A DNA stretch of 33,253 nt from a virus (taxonomy: Duplodnaviria; Caudoviricetes). The stretch is taken from the IMG/VR virus record IMGVR_UViG_3300003375_000083, positions 1 through 33,253 of that record. One strand, given 5' to 3'. The translations under genes were made by a program, and so were the position numbers. Every line of letters starts with the position of its first letter. Positions within the stretch are counted from its first letter, which is position 1. Below the pieces are notes generated by a model. That model ran no database searches. It was given only the letters and a program-made list of their open reading frames with translations, and had not been told where the DNA came from. This document shows positions 25,640 through 33,253 of this stretch, piece after piece.

Positions 25640-26043
25640 TTTGTTGCCTTTACTTTTAGTTGTAATCCATTGCTTGCAAGGGTGTCTTTAACGTCCTTAA
25701 TCGACTTCTTACCCATATTGATAAACCTCATTAAATCGTTTTCAGTGTGTTCAAGCAAATGACCAATGGTGTATATTTGCTCTGCTTTTAGCACATTAAT
25801 TGTTCTGTTACTAAAGTCAAAACCATTAAAAGGTTCATCAATCTCAACAGCATAATACTTATTGATGTCTTCTGGGGATTCTAAAAGCCTATCTTGAAGA
25901 CTCTTTAACTGGGCAGCAGTAGACTCATACATATTTTTGTAACGGTTAAACAATACTTCTGCAAGATTATGTTTTTCCTGTTGCATATAAGATGCAAATT
26001 GAATAAATTCTTCTTCGCTACTAAGTTCAACATTAATTTTCAT
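25636..26043 (-). CDS. Stand-alone RNA polymerase alpha subunit C-terminal-domain protein
   Basis: FSNRTINVLKAEQIYTIGHLL..TENDL....NMGKKSIKDVKDTLASNGL aligns with RpoA [21 protein letters not shown]..TEVEL....NLGKKSLTEIKDVLASRGL. No alpha-NTD. Confidence 0.85.
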   Translation of the reverse strand: MKINVELSSEEEFIQFASYMQQEKHNLAEVLFNRYKNMYESTAAQLKSLQDRLLESPEDINKYYAVEIDEPFNGFDFSNRTINVLKAEQIYTIGHLLEHTENDLMRFINMGKKSIKDVKDTLASNGLQLKVKATK

Positions 26044-26258
26044 TTTAGATCCTCCTGTTGTGCTACTTCAATTAACTTTTCTGCGTAGTGCATGACTTTT
26101 CTGAGGTCGTCAACACCACCTTTTTCTCGCCATCTGGATATGTACTTGACAATATTACCTTCAAGGTATCCGAGGTTATTGGCAACAATGTAATCCCACG
26201 GCTGAATAGAATGCTTAGCATAGTGGTTTCCTCCTACTTGATGGCTATTGGCAGACAT
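26040..26258 (-). CDS. DUF3310 (SaV-like) protein
   Basis: QVGGNHY...IQPWDYI...GYLEGNIVKY..R...KGG..DL.K..HY. Confidence 0.88.
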   Translation of the reverse strand: MSANSHQVGGNHYAKHSIQPWDYIVANNLGYLEGNIVKYISRWREKGGVDDLRKVMHYAEKLIEVAQQEDLK

Positions 26259-26466
26259 TTCTCTTTACCTCATGTGACTTATGCAGGACCCACTTATCAC
26301 CCATCTCTTCAATACATTTCTTGATGGCTGATTCGTTGCGATCACGCATAGCTTCAATCTCTGCATCAGACATACGGCCGTAGTAGATAGTATCTTTGAC
26401 TGGATACCAAACCTTAGTCTGCCCAAAAAACTCTTTCTCAAAACTATCCATTAACTTTTTAAACAT
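26245..26466 (-). CDS. Hypothetical protein
   Basis: Start likely MFKKLMD at 26466 (AGGAG upstream). Overlaps neighbours. Confidence 0.6.
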   Translation of the reverse strand: MFKKLMDSFEKEFFGQTKVWYPVKDTIYYGRMSDAEIEAMRDRNESAIKKCIEEMGDKWVLHKSHEVKRNVCQ

Positions 26467-27340
26467 TTTCTTGCTCCTCTTTGTAAAGTTTGTACTGCTC
26501 ACAAAACTCATTGACTTGGCAGAAGTTCTCACATCGAGTTCTCTCGCCCTTACGGGTCTCTATATAGAATCCTTTGCCCAATTTCTCTACTGCTTCTTCT
26601 GCTTCTTGCATCGTTACATGTAACGACTTTGCTCTTACTGCTCCGTCTTTCTTAACTGCGTAGACCGGATCTTTTTCCCACATTTCGGCAGACGTGCAGG
26701 GCGGTAAGACTGCTCCAGTTTCCTCTGCGAAACGGGCTTCGGAATGTACACGAATGCGTTCACGGATGTATGCTTCACGCTTGTCCATACTCCATATAGG
26801 AATTTCAATTGCGACAACGCCAGACCTTGGATAGTTGGCACGAATTTTTGATTCTCTCGCACTAAAGTCTCGTAAGAATGCAATGATTTTAAGGCCGGTA
26901 ATTGGAGCGCCCTTAATCTTTTCAACCAACCATGCGTATACATTTAACTGCTCCTCCCATTCAGGTTTAGGATTCTGAACGGACCAGACTCCTACGTTTT
27001 TGTAATCGTTAATTTCAATACCTTCATCGGTGACAATCTGCAGGTCAATGGCACCAGAGACATTCCAGCCATCAAACTCTGCAAACAAACGTTCTTCAAC
27101 GATATGGTTAGCGTCAGCACCCTTCTCCAAGATGTTATGCAATGCAGTACCAGACATCGAATAGAGCATCTCTGATACGTCAACAGAAATCTGATCATCG
27201 TATTTCTTGCGCAATATGGAGATCTTTGGGCTTCCCATCATCTCTGTTACGGATAGATGTGCATTACCCTTTGAGTATTGCGGGCGCTTAACTACATTTA
27301 CCAGAGTCTCTGGTAAGTTGTACTTATTGGTGATTATCAT
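26459..27340 (-). CDS. PD-(D/E)XK exonuclease (Cas4/RecB-like)
   Basis: GTALH..LE, E.RL, SGAID..NDYK and EQLNVY motifs, with C-terminal RCENFCQVNEFC. Start likely 27340. Confidence 0.85.
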   Translation of the reverse strand: MIITNKYNLPETLVNVVKRPQYSKGNAHLSVTEMMGSPKISILRKKYDDQISVDVSEMLYSMSGTALHNILEKGADANHIVEERLFAEFDGWNVSGAIDLQIVTDEGIEINDYKNVGVWSVQNPKPEWEEQLNVYAWLVEKIKGAPITGLKIIAFLRDFSARESKIRANYPRSGVVAIEIPIWSMDKREAYIRERIRVHSEARFAEETGAVLPPCTSAEMWEKDPVYAVKKDGAVRAKSLHVTMQEAEEAVEKLGKGFYIETRKGERTRCENFCQVNEFCEQYKLYKEEQENV

Positions 27341-27497
27341 TTTGTTTATCCAACCACCATTTGAGATCAATCAAGGTAACAATCAAATCATTTACTGCTG
27401 CTTTAGATTCTTTGTACTTCTTATTTGTCAACAGTTTTTCTAATTCTTTCCTACCTGTTTGTAATTCAATAATAACTTGTGCGTAATCAATCATCAT
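27324..27497 (-). CDS. Hypothetical protein (57 aa)
   Basis: Reads MMIDYAQVIIELQTGRKELEKLL...LKWWLDKQ, with a GAGGA RBS. Fills the apparent gap; not in the ORF track. Confidence 0.6.
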   Translation of the reverse strand: MMIDYAQVIIELQTGRKELEKLLTNKKYKESKAAVNDLIVTLIDLKWWLDKQNDNHQ

Positions 27498-27503
27498 TTC
27501 CTC

Positions 27504-27797
27504 TTATTTGCTATAACCTTTGCGGTTGCCTTCGTTATCGTAATAGTTTTTTGTACCGCTTGGTGTTATTGTTTCATAACCAATACGGCTCCCGCTATTA
27601 TCGTAAACCCCAGTATCTGAATGTATATTCAGTTGGCTGTTCTTCCAGTTGTATGGAGAATTGCTCCAAGTCATCGAATTGTTTTCCGAGTTCAATTCCG
27701 AGTTCTTCCAGTTGTACGGGGAGTTCTCCCAAGTAGTCACCTGCGAATAGCTGCACGTAGATGCAGTAATCAATAAGACCACTAATAGTTTTTTCAT
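27504..27797 (-). CDS. Small exported protein with tandem W.NSPYNWKNS repeats
   Basis: Signal peptide MKKLLVVLLITASTCSYS, two 21-aa-spaced repeats, GAGGA RBS. Confidence 0.75.
   Translation of the reverse strand: MKKLLVVLLITASTCSYSQVTTWENSPYNWKNSELNSENNSMTWSNSPYNWKNSQLNIHSDTGVYDNSGSRIGYETITPSGTKNYYDNEGNRKGYSK
27639..27716. repeat. 15-nt direct repeat GTTCTTCCAGTTGTA, 63 nt apart
   Basis: Copies at 27639-27653 and 27702-27716 underlie the protein repeat. Confidence 0.8.
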
Positions 27798-27806
27798 TGT
27801 ATTTCC

Positions 27807-28013
27807 TCATTTTAAATAATGCACAAACCCCGCTAAATAGAATAACACTGCTACTGCTTCCACCAAAAACAAAGGCATATCTCTTTGGATAATTCCCGCC
27901 GTTGTCCATAGCGCACTACCAATCAAGCTAAGCACAATATTTGCTGGATAGATATTGAAACTTGTTAGTCCAATACCAGCCAAACAAAGTATCGTGCCAG
28001 CCCACTTAATCAT
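27807..28013 (-). CDS. Small multi-pass membrane protein
   Basis: 68 aa, nearly all hydrophobic (about 3 helices). Confidence 0.7.
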   Translation of the reverse strand: MIKWAGTILCLAGIGLTSFNIYPANIVLSLIGSALWTTAGIIQRDMPLFLVEAVAVLFYLAGFVHYLK

Positions 28014-28552
28014 CTAAAACCCGAAATCCTCGGCGAAAAGACAAACGTTGCTTCATAGCGTCTTTGAGGTACAACATTAGGATCGACCAAAGCACGTATA
28101 TTCCAGCCCAGGTTAACCATAAAGCACCGACTAAAGCCAATGGGAACAATAAGAACAAATTGAAATAATCCAGCAGCCTTAACGAGTAGGTGCCCCGCTT
28201 TCGCATTATCATTATCTTTAATCTCCCTATCTCCGCTCCATACTGCTGGAGTTAAACCATCAATCACTTTAAGACCATAGCTATAGGCTGGATTACGCCA
28301 CAGCCACAGTACTTGCGCCCAGTAGGTATGTCCATGTAAGGTCTGGAACGTATGATCGCCCCAAAGGTTGTTATCGGGCGTCTGGAACCAGTTTAACCAT
28401 GTAGGTAACCAAGGCCCTGGACCATAGCCACCACCGTTATCTAACGGACCATCCTTAATACTGGCAAACAATGGCAAGATCGGTGCAATGATCATTGCTA
28501 TTAGGGTTACTACCAATGAGACAGGAACCATTAAAATATAGCGTAAGTACAT
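28010..28552 (-). CDS. Membrane-anchored Trp-rich phage protein
   Basis: N-terminal TM helix, then LPTWLNWFQTPDN.L.GD and WLWRNPAY. Start likely MYLRY at 28552. Confidence 0.7.
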   Translation of the reverse strand: MYLRYILMVPVSLVVTLIAMIIAPILPLFASIKDGPLDNGGGYGPGPWLPTWLNWFQTPDNNLWGDHTFQTLHGHTYWAQVLWLWRNPAYSYGLKVIDGLTPAVWSGDREIKDNDNAKAGHLLVKAAGLFQFVLIVPIGFSRCFMVNLGWNIRALVDPNVVPQRRYEATFVFSPRISGFR

Positions 28553-28554
28553 AA

Positions 28555-29337
28555 TTAGCTCCTTGGAAGTGCGCCTGAGAAACCGTAAGTACCAGTATGG
28601 GTAAACTGCGCCCATGGTGCTGCGTAGACTTTAAAGCCAGCCTCACGAGCAATCTTGCAGAAGTGATAGTCTTCTGACAATAAACGGTTAGATTTTTCTT
28701 CAATGCTGGTAGCAAAGAACTCTTTGATGATCTTAACTTCACGAACGGTATCAACGGCGTGGTACATATCGTTGGTATAGCTAGGAACTTTGTCTAGCAA
28801 AGCTTCAAATACCTTACGCTTGATGAGCATAAAGCCTGTACCGCCGTTAGCAATCTCCAATGGCTCACTGATAGGGCCGCTAGTGGTTTGCTCACCTTGT
28901 GGTAAATTTACAACAAAGGCTCCTGTGTACTGGTGCAGCTCTTGTGGAGGTACGCCACGCTTAACCGCAGCCGTTACTTCTACCCAGTTGATCTCTTTCT
29001 TTGGATACAGACCGCAGATGATGTCCTTGTCAGCACGAACCATGGCTGGGATATCGGCTGGATTAAAGCCAATGTCAGCGTCAATAAACATCAGATGGGT
29101 AGCATCAGACTTGAGGAAGTCATAAGCCATGCTATTTCTAGCACGGGTAATCAATGACTCATTCATCATAAAGCTATAGTACATCTGCATCTGGTTCTGG
29201 CCACATACACCAACCAACTGCATAATGGCAGATGCATACATACCAGTACACATACCGCCGTACATTGGTGTAGCTACAAATAATGCCGTTTTTGGTGCTT
29301 GTTTTACTACTAATTGTTTGTCTTTTTTAAAGCTCAT
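28555..29337 (-). CDS. GT-A fold glycosyltransferase (GT2-like)
   Basis: FVATPMY, ESLITRARN, HLMFIDAD (DxD), GTGFMLIKR and SEDYHFC. Confidence 0.85.
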   Translation of the reverse strand: MSFKKDKQLVVKQAPKTALFVATPMYGGMCTGMYASAIMQLVGVCGQNQMQMYYSFMMNESLITRARNSMAYDFLKSDATHLMFIDADIGFNPADIPAMVRADKDIICGLYPKKEINWVEVTAAVKRGVPPQELHQYTGAFVVNLPQGEQTTSGPISEPLEIANGGTGFMLIKRKVFEALLDKVPSYTNDMYHAVDTVREVKIIKEFFATSIEEKSNRLLSEDYHFCKIAREAGFKVYAAPWAQFTHTGTYGFSGALPRS

Positions 29338-30014
29338 TTATTTCTCCAAGGTAGGGGTTGATTATATGCTTTCTTCATTTGTTCATTGCCTTCTCTAAAC
29401 ATTTGATGTAATCGTTCGGGCGCTCGGTAATTAACTGTAGCCTCGCCTGTGCATCCAAAGGAAGGCAGATGTTTGGCGGCAGCATTATAGAATTGGCGGT
29501 CTGCACCCCATTGCCCATAGAAAGCATGAGCAATATTGACCAGATACTCACGCTTAAAGCAATAGCAATTAGTATCGACAAAATTGAGTAAATGATCGTA
29601 AAACGCTGGGTAGCGACCGAGTGACTCGCAATCATCGTCAAGAACATATTGTCCTCGTTCATCACAGATTCTCCTCAAAGAGTAAGACCACATTAGGTCT
29701 TTAGATTTAATTTTATTAATCATGGTTTCTACATGATTAGGTTCAAACCAATTATCCTCATCCAAAAATAGAATGTAATCAGCGTTTACCATTAGTGGCA
29801 TAGCGGCATAGACTCGGTGTCCGTACCAGCCATTACCGCCTACGTTTTCGGGTAGGGTGATTGTTTTTAAGTTATCGGGGTAGTCAATGGCAACATCTTT
29901 GCACCCATCAAGAACCAGCAAATGTTCAGTAGGCACAGTTTGGTTTGCCACACTAACCACCGCTTTCTCTAGCGTGTCTTTCCCAGTAGTCGGGGTAATG
30001 ACCATTACTCTCAT
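29334..30014 (-). CDS. Glycosyltransferase family 2
   Basis: VITPT...L..AV.SV..QT, LVLDG, YILFLDEDN and GAD..F. Confidence 0.85.
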   Translation of the reverse strand: MRVMVITPTTGKDTLEKAVVSVANQTVPTEHLLVLDGCKDVAIDYPDNLKTITLPENVGGNGWYGHRVYAAMPLMVNADYILFLDEDNWFEPNHVETMINKIKSKDLMWSYSLRRICDERGQYVLDDDCESLGRYPAFYDHLLNFVDTNCYCFKREYLVNIAHAFYGQWGADRQFYNAAAKHLPSFGCTGEATVNYRAPERLHQMFREGNEQMKKAYNQPLPWRNK

Positions 30015-30148
30015 TTACTATCCTTCCATGCTTTCCATTCTTGATACTCAATCCATCTATCGGCGGATGTTTTTGTACCAAGAATTACCCCCCACAAAAT
30101 CATTAATATATATGTTGCAAATAATTCAAACCAATGAATAGTAATCAT
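30011..30148 (-). CDS. 45-aa Trp-rich membrane peptide
   Basis: MITIHWFELFATYILMILWGVILGTKTSADRWIEYQEWKAWKDSK*. ATGA overlaps at both ends couple it to the radical SAM and GT2 genes. Not in the ORF track. Confidence 0.7.
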   Translation of the reverse strand: MITIHWFELFATYILMILWGVILGTKTSADRWIEYQEWKAWKDSK

Positions 30149-31011
30149 GCTAACTCCGTTACATTCTCACAAGACTTGCATATACTGCACTTGTTGAAAC
30201 CATCGGCCTCATTCATCTCAATAATGTCTTGTAAGGGTTTACCCTGCATAATCTCTTCATAAGACTGGGTAAGCAGATTACCGATCACATGCTTGAGGTT
30301 GTAGTCCATGCAGCATAGAACGACATCACCGTTCGGCAGTAGCACATTTCGATCATAGAACGGCGTACTCTTGCACGTTAAAGCAAAGGTATTCATCGGC
30401 GTCAGGCTGATTGGCTGGCCTGCTACTTGCTCAGCATTCAGGCTATCTGCTCTGGTATGACCAACCCAACCTGGCAACTTACCTACAAATCCCTGTAACT
30501 CTGGATGGACGATGCCATTCTTATCCATAGTCATAGCACCAACACCGCATGGAACCTTGGTGTGGGACATAATGGCTGCAGCTCGTTGCCATTCCTCGCC
30601 ATTCTTCCAGCCCTTCATATTACCGTTGGCGTCTGGGAGGTGGAGCATAATCACTTCGACTTGGTTAGGATGCTCTTCCAAGACTTTACGGACTCGCTCA
30701 GGATCTGTCATGCCGTACAGGGTTGTGTATATAGCAACGTTATATCCCATATATAAAGTCTCTTCTAGCATCGCCGTACACTCAGGATTAGCCCAAGGCT
30801 CAGACATGCCAGAGAAATCAATACGGGTGTCTTTTGGCAGCTTTACGAGCATCTTTGTGTAATCGGTCTGCGTCATGTACTTGGTATCTTTGCCGTAGTT
30901 ATCCCGTAAGTTTTCTTGGGGGCAGAATGTACACATCAGCGGGCAGCCGATCATCGTGGTCAACTCCATAACTGGACCATCTGAATGCTGGATTCCGTAT
31001 TTTTCTCTCAT
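30145..31011 (-). CDS. Radical SAM enzyme with SPASM/Twitch domain
   Basis: CPLMCTFC (CxxxCxxC) and FSGMSEP, with C-terminal C...LLPNGDVVLCCMD...IGNL...CSICKSC. Confidence 0.9.
   Translation of the reverse strand: MREKYGIQHSDGPVMELTTMIGCPLMCTFCPQENLRDNYGKDTKYMTQTDYTKMLVKLPKDTRIDFSGMSEPWANPECTAMLEETLYMGYNVAIYTTLYGMTDPERVRKVLEEHPNQVEVIMLHLPDANGNMKGWKNGEEWQRAAAIMSHTKVPCGVGAMTMDKNGIVHPELQGFVGKLPGWVGHTRADSLNAEQVAGQPISLTPMNTFALTCKSTPFYDRNVLLPNGDVVLCCMDYNLKHVIGNLLTQSYEEIMQGKPLQDIIEMNEADGFNKCSICKSCENVTELA
30232..30246. repeat. Dispersed palindromic motif (reverse strand CAGGGTAAACCCTTA)
   Basis: Third copy; the + strand reads TAAGGGTTTACCCTG. Confidence 0.7.
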
Positions 31012-31737
31012 TTATTCTCCGTACATGGATGGTGGAAGTGGACGATCATCTTTGTCTAAAACATTAGGCTGATCTAATGGGTGTGGAAACTGGGTGCAAT
31101 AACCTTCCGGTGCAGCCCGATCCTTACGCAATAGCGTTAGTTCAAATACTGTAGGAATCAGAATTCCATCAACTTCAATGAACGGGCAGTTATTGTTTGG
31201 ATGGTTATGTACTACATGGAAGTCCGCCAATAGCTTTGCAAAGAAAGTATTTGCGCATTCCCAAGCAATCGGGTTATTGAACCAAGATTCTGCGTGATGG
31301 ACTTCAATAGCGATAATCCTAAAGCGGCGCAAGATGTCTATTGGTGTAGCCAAGATGGTTTGATACTCAGCACCCTCAATATCCATCTGCAATATCAGAT
31401 CACCCTCGGTGGCTTTATTGCGCACCCAAAACTCAAGGGTCATGTAGTCGCCGTCATTTACAGCACCCAAAAACTTCTTCTCAAAAGACAGCATTCTAAA
31501 GTTTTCAGGAGGCGCATCCACAGACGCATCTGCTAAATGGGATAGAATGCCACGACAAACCAAGTCTTTCTCAAAATTGGCAGTAACATCAACTCCAGGA
31601 GAAAAGCATGTAGATATTCCAGACAAGTCATCCGGCAATAAGTAGCCACCATCGTTTTGACCGCCAACACGGATCAATGGGTACTTGGTTTTAACTGGGT
31701 GTAAAGACTTTAAAAGCTCTTTGAATTGATCAATCAT
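31012..31737 (-). CDS. FkbM-like SAM-dependent methyltransferase
   Basis: RVGGQNDGGY, FSPGV...FE, LILQMDIEGAEY, IEVH and H.NN. Confidence 0.8.
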   Translation of the reverse strand: MIDQFKELLKSLHPVKTKYPLIRVGGQNDGGYLLPDDLSGISTCFSPGVDVTANFEKDLVCRGILSHLADASVDAPPENFRMLSFEKKFLGAVNDGDYMTLEFWVRNKATEGDLILQMDIEGAEYQTILATPIDILRRFRIIAIEVHHAESWFNNPIAWECANTFFAKLLADFHVVHNHPNNNCPFIEVDGILIPTVFELTLLRKDRAAPEGYCTQFPHPLDQPNVLDKDDRPLPPSMYGE

Positions 31738-32591
31738 TTAACTATGCTCCGCACAAAGGCAACTGCGTTATCTAAAGTTGGGGCTTCCCATAAGAGCGGT
31801 CTATTGTACATATCCTCATAGATCTCTTTGCTCTCATCAATAGCTTGAATGGCTGTAACGAACCAGTCCATGTCTTTGGTATTCATGTAATTAAGATAAG
31901 CACCTTCATGGAAGTCGCAGTCTACTGACATGGTTCCGCTATAGATTGGGATCGTGCCGCCAGCGTATGCATCAATTAACTTCTCAGTTACGTAGCCGTC
32001 ATAGATAGAGTTCTCAGGGCATAAGCAGAACTTATAGTCCTTGAGCAAATCAAACTTGGAAGCTCTTAATGCACGACCAAACATATTGCCATAGCCATGT
32101 ACGGGTTTATACCTAGATATAGAGTTGTACAGGTTTACCCTTAGTCCTTCTGGATTGCCGGCAATCATGGCGCAGAAGTTAGTCTTGGTTGACCAGTCCA
32201 GTTTGCGTGGCTTAGTCAACGGCTCAATAGGAATCAGCGGCTCGTACCCATGATTGTGGTGGTTGTCATTTCTAGGTTTCTGTTCAAATCCATCCCATGC
32301 TAGCCGAGCATACCAAAGTGGAAGCCTAAAATTCCTACCGCCATAAGTATCCCAATCAAAAGAAAGGCTATGACCATAAGCAGTGTAACTAGGTCGTATA
32401 TTTTCTCCGATGTACGCAAGCGTTTTAGCAGGGTCGGTATAGACATTTCCAAATACTGAGGTAACAACAAGGTTAGCATCGTGTGGGTTATCAGTATAAG
32501 TAAGGTCAGGAAAACAAGCACGGAAAAAGAAATCAAAAAAGTCTCCATCAAACGCTCCATCCCAAAAGTTAACTACACATATTTTTTTCAT
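31734..32591 (-). CDS. Glycosyltransferase family 10 (alpha-1,3/4-fucosyltransferase-like)
   Basis: GENIRP, KTNFC..I..N and the GT10 signature YKFCLCPENS...GYVTEKL.DA...GTIPIY.G. Confidence 0.88.
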   Translation of the reverse strand: MKKICVVNFWDGAFDGDFFDFFFRACFPDLTYTDNPHDANLVVTSVFGNVYTDPAKTLAYIGENIRPSYTAYGHSLSFDWDTYGGRNFRLPLWYARLAWDGFEQKPRNDNHHNHGYEPLIPIEPLTKPRKLDWSTKTNFCAMIAGNPEGLRVNLYNSISRYKPVHGYGNMFGRALRASKFDLLKDYKFCLCPENSIYDGYVTEKLIDAYAGGTIPIYSGTMSVDCDFHEGAYLNYMNTKDMDWFVTAIQAIDESKEIYEDMYNRPLLWEAPTLDNAVAFVRSIVK

Positions 32592-32824
32592 TTCTTTTTA
32601 CCTTTCTTTGGCGCATCTTCTACTTTTTGTAGTGCCATAATATCTACCGCCAGCTCCTCAAGCTCTTCACTATATTGCTGGAGTATCTCTGCTGCAGCCC
32701 ACAATGCACCGCTCTCAGCGTTATCTGTAACCTTTTCAGCCACCAATTCCACAATCATTGATGCACTATGGATCTTGTATCCAATCTCGCTAACTCGGTT
32801 AGCCTTCTCCCACAATCCATTCAT
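32588..32824 (-). CDS. Hypothetical protein
   Basis: Start likely MNGLWEK at 32824 (GGAGG upstream). ATGA-coupled to GT10. Confidence 0.65.
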   Translation of the reverse strand: MNGLWEKANRVSEIGYKIHSASMIVELVAEKVTDNAESGALWAAAEILQQYSEELEELAVDIMALQKVEDAPKKGKKK

Positions 32825-32978
32825 TGACTTCCTCCTTGATGGGTTTAAAAATATAAAACAACTCTCCGTTGTTTTTTTCAATAATCTTGCGTTGCTTTTT
32901 TACATCACCTTCATGGTCTTTTAGATACCAAGTAATGGTGTTGTCTAGCTTGAATGGTTCATCTTTGCGCTTACGCAT
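32799..32978 (-). CDS. Hypothetical protein (59 aa)
   Basis: MRKRKDEPFKLDNTITWYLKD...WIVGEG*, read by hand; below the track cutoff. Confidence 0.5.
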   Translation of the reverse strand: MRKRKDEPFKLDNTITWYLKDHEGDVKKQRKIIEKNNGELFYIFKPIKEEVNEWIVGEG

Positions 32979-33050
32979 CGCTTCTGCCTTTCATAAACAG
33001 AAAGACTGCATAGCAAGCTACAAACACCAGTACCGCAACAATAAGCTCTA

Positions 33051-33253
33051 TCATTTCTCTTGTGCCTTTCTTAGTATTGCTCTAGCAAAATGCAATTCAC
33101 AAAAATCTCCATTGTTTCGCAACCTTCTTTCAACATCGAGTATTTCCTCATTTGTTAGTGTCTTTGGCTCATAAGACTCATTTAATTGGTCATTCCAAAA
33201 TCTAATAACTTCTGTTTCACTATTAGGCAAAAATACATCAACGAAACAGTTAT
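33051..33253 (-). CDS. C-terminal part of a hypothetical phage protein (5' end outside window)
   Basis: Open frame ending KTLTNEEI...FARAILRKAQEK* (TGA 33051-33053). Confidence 0.6.
   Translation of the reverse strand, partial: NCFVDVFLPNSETEVIRFWNDQLNESYEPKTLTNEEILDVERRLRNNGDFCELHFARAILRKAQEK

Noticed and set aside
25636-26043. Host rpoA gene or host-DNA contamination
   Set aside because: Only the CTD is present, there are no ribosomal-protein neighbours, and it is translationally coupled to phage genes.
26459-27340. Cas4-like nuclease as a sign of CRISPR-Cas
   Set aside because: No repeat-spacer array or other cas genes. Its context (ERF, SSB-like) is a normal phage recombination module.
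27400-27431. Perfect TTGACA on the minus strand (27426-27431) as a promoter
   Set aside because: No acceptable -10 at 16-18 bp spacing, and it lies inside a credible 57-aa ORF.
27504-27797. W-x-N repeats as triceptide RiPP cores for the radical SAM enzyme
   Set aside because: The protein has a Sec-type signal peptide and lies several genes away; there is no support beyond the tripeptide resemblance.
1-33253. Stop-codon reassignment, tRNA genes, introns or inteins
   Set aside because: Genes tile densely under the standard code. No cloverleaf, split gene or intein motifs were seen, and the HNH genes lie between genes rather than inside them.

Overview
A 33 kb piece of a tailed dsDNA bacteriophage with podovirus-like architecture. 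The host is Gram-negative (Rz/Rz1 spanins) and probably a proteobacterium. The + arm (1-22597) carries a modular set of tail-fibre/adhesin paralogs and a lysis cassette (two holin-like genes, Rz with an embedded Rz1 missed by the ORF track, a GH19 endolysin). It continues with an HNH nuclease, a P22 gp10-like nozzle, ejection proteins including a lytic transglycosylase, and a 2053-aa polyvalent protein (ddrB-like ParB, HExxH metallopeptidase, a second ParB-like module, LPD38). It ends in a phosphoesterase-HNH-SprT block. The converging - arm (22602-33253) carries recombination and regulatory genes (Ref-like nuclease, SSB-like, ERF, PD-(D/E)XK nuclease, DUF3310, a stand-alone RNA polymerase alpha-CTD mimic). 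It also holds a tightly coupled glycan-tailoring cluster: GT10, FkbM-like methyltransferase, radical SAM/SPASM, a small Trp-rich peptide, two GT-A glycosyltransferases and membrane proteins. Best candidates for new biology are that cluster, a dispersed palindromic DNA motif (CAGGGTWWACCCTTA) that sits mostly inside coding sequence, the alpha-CTD mimic, the short/long paired tail-fibre modules, and the two-ParB injected protein. All family calls come from recognising motifs by eye; no database searches were run. No tRNA, rRNA, CRISPR or integrase was seen.
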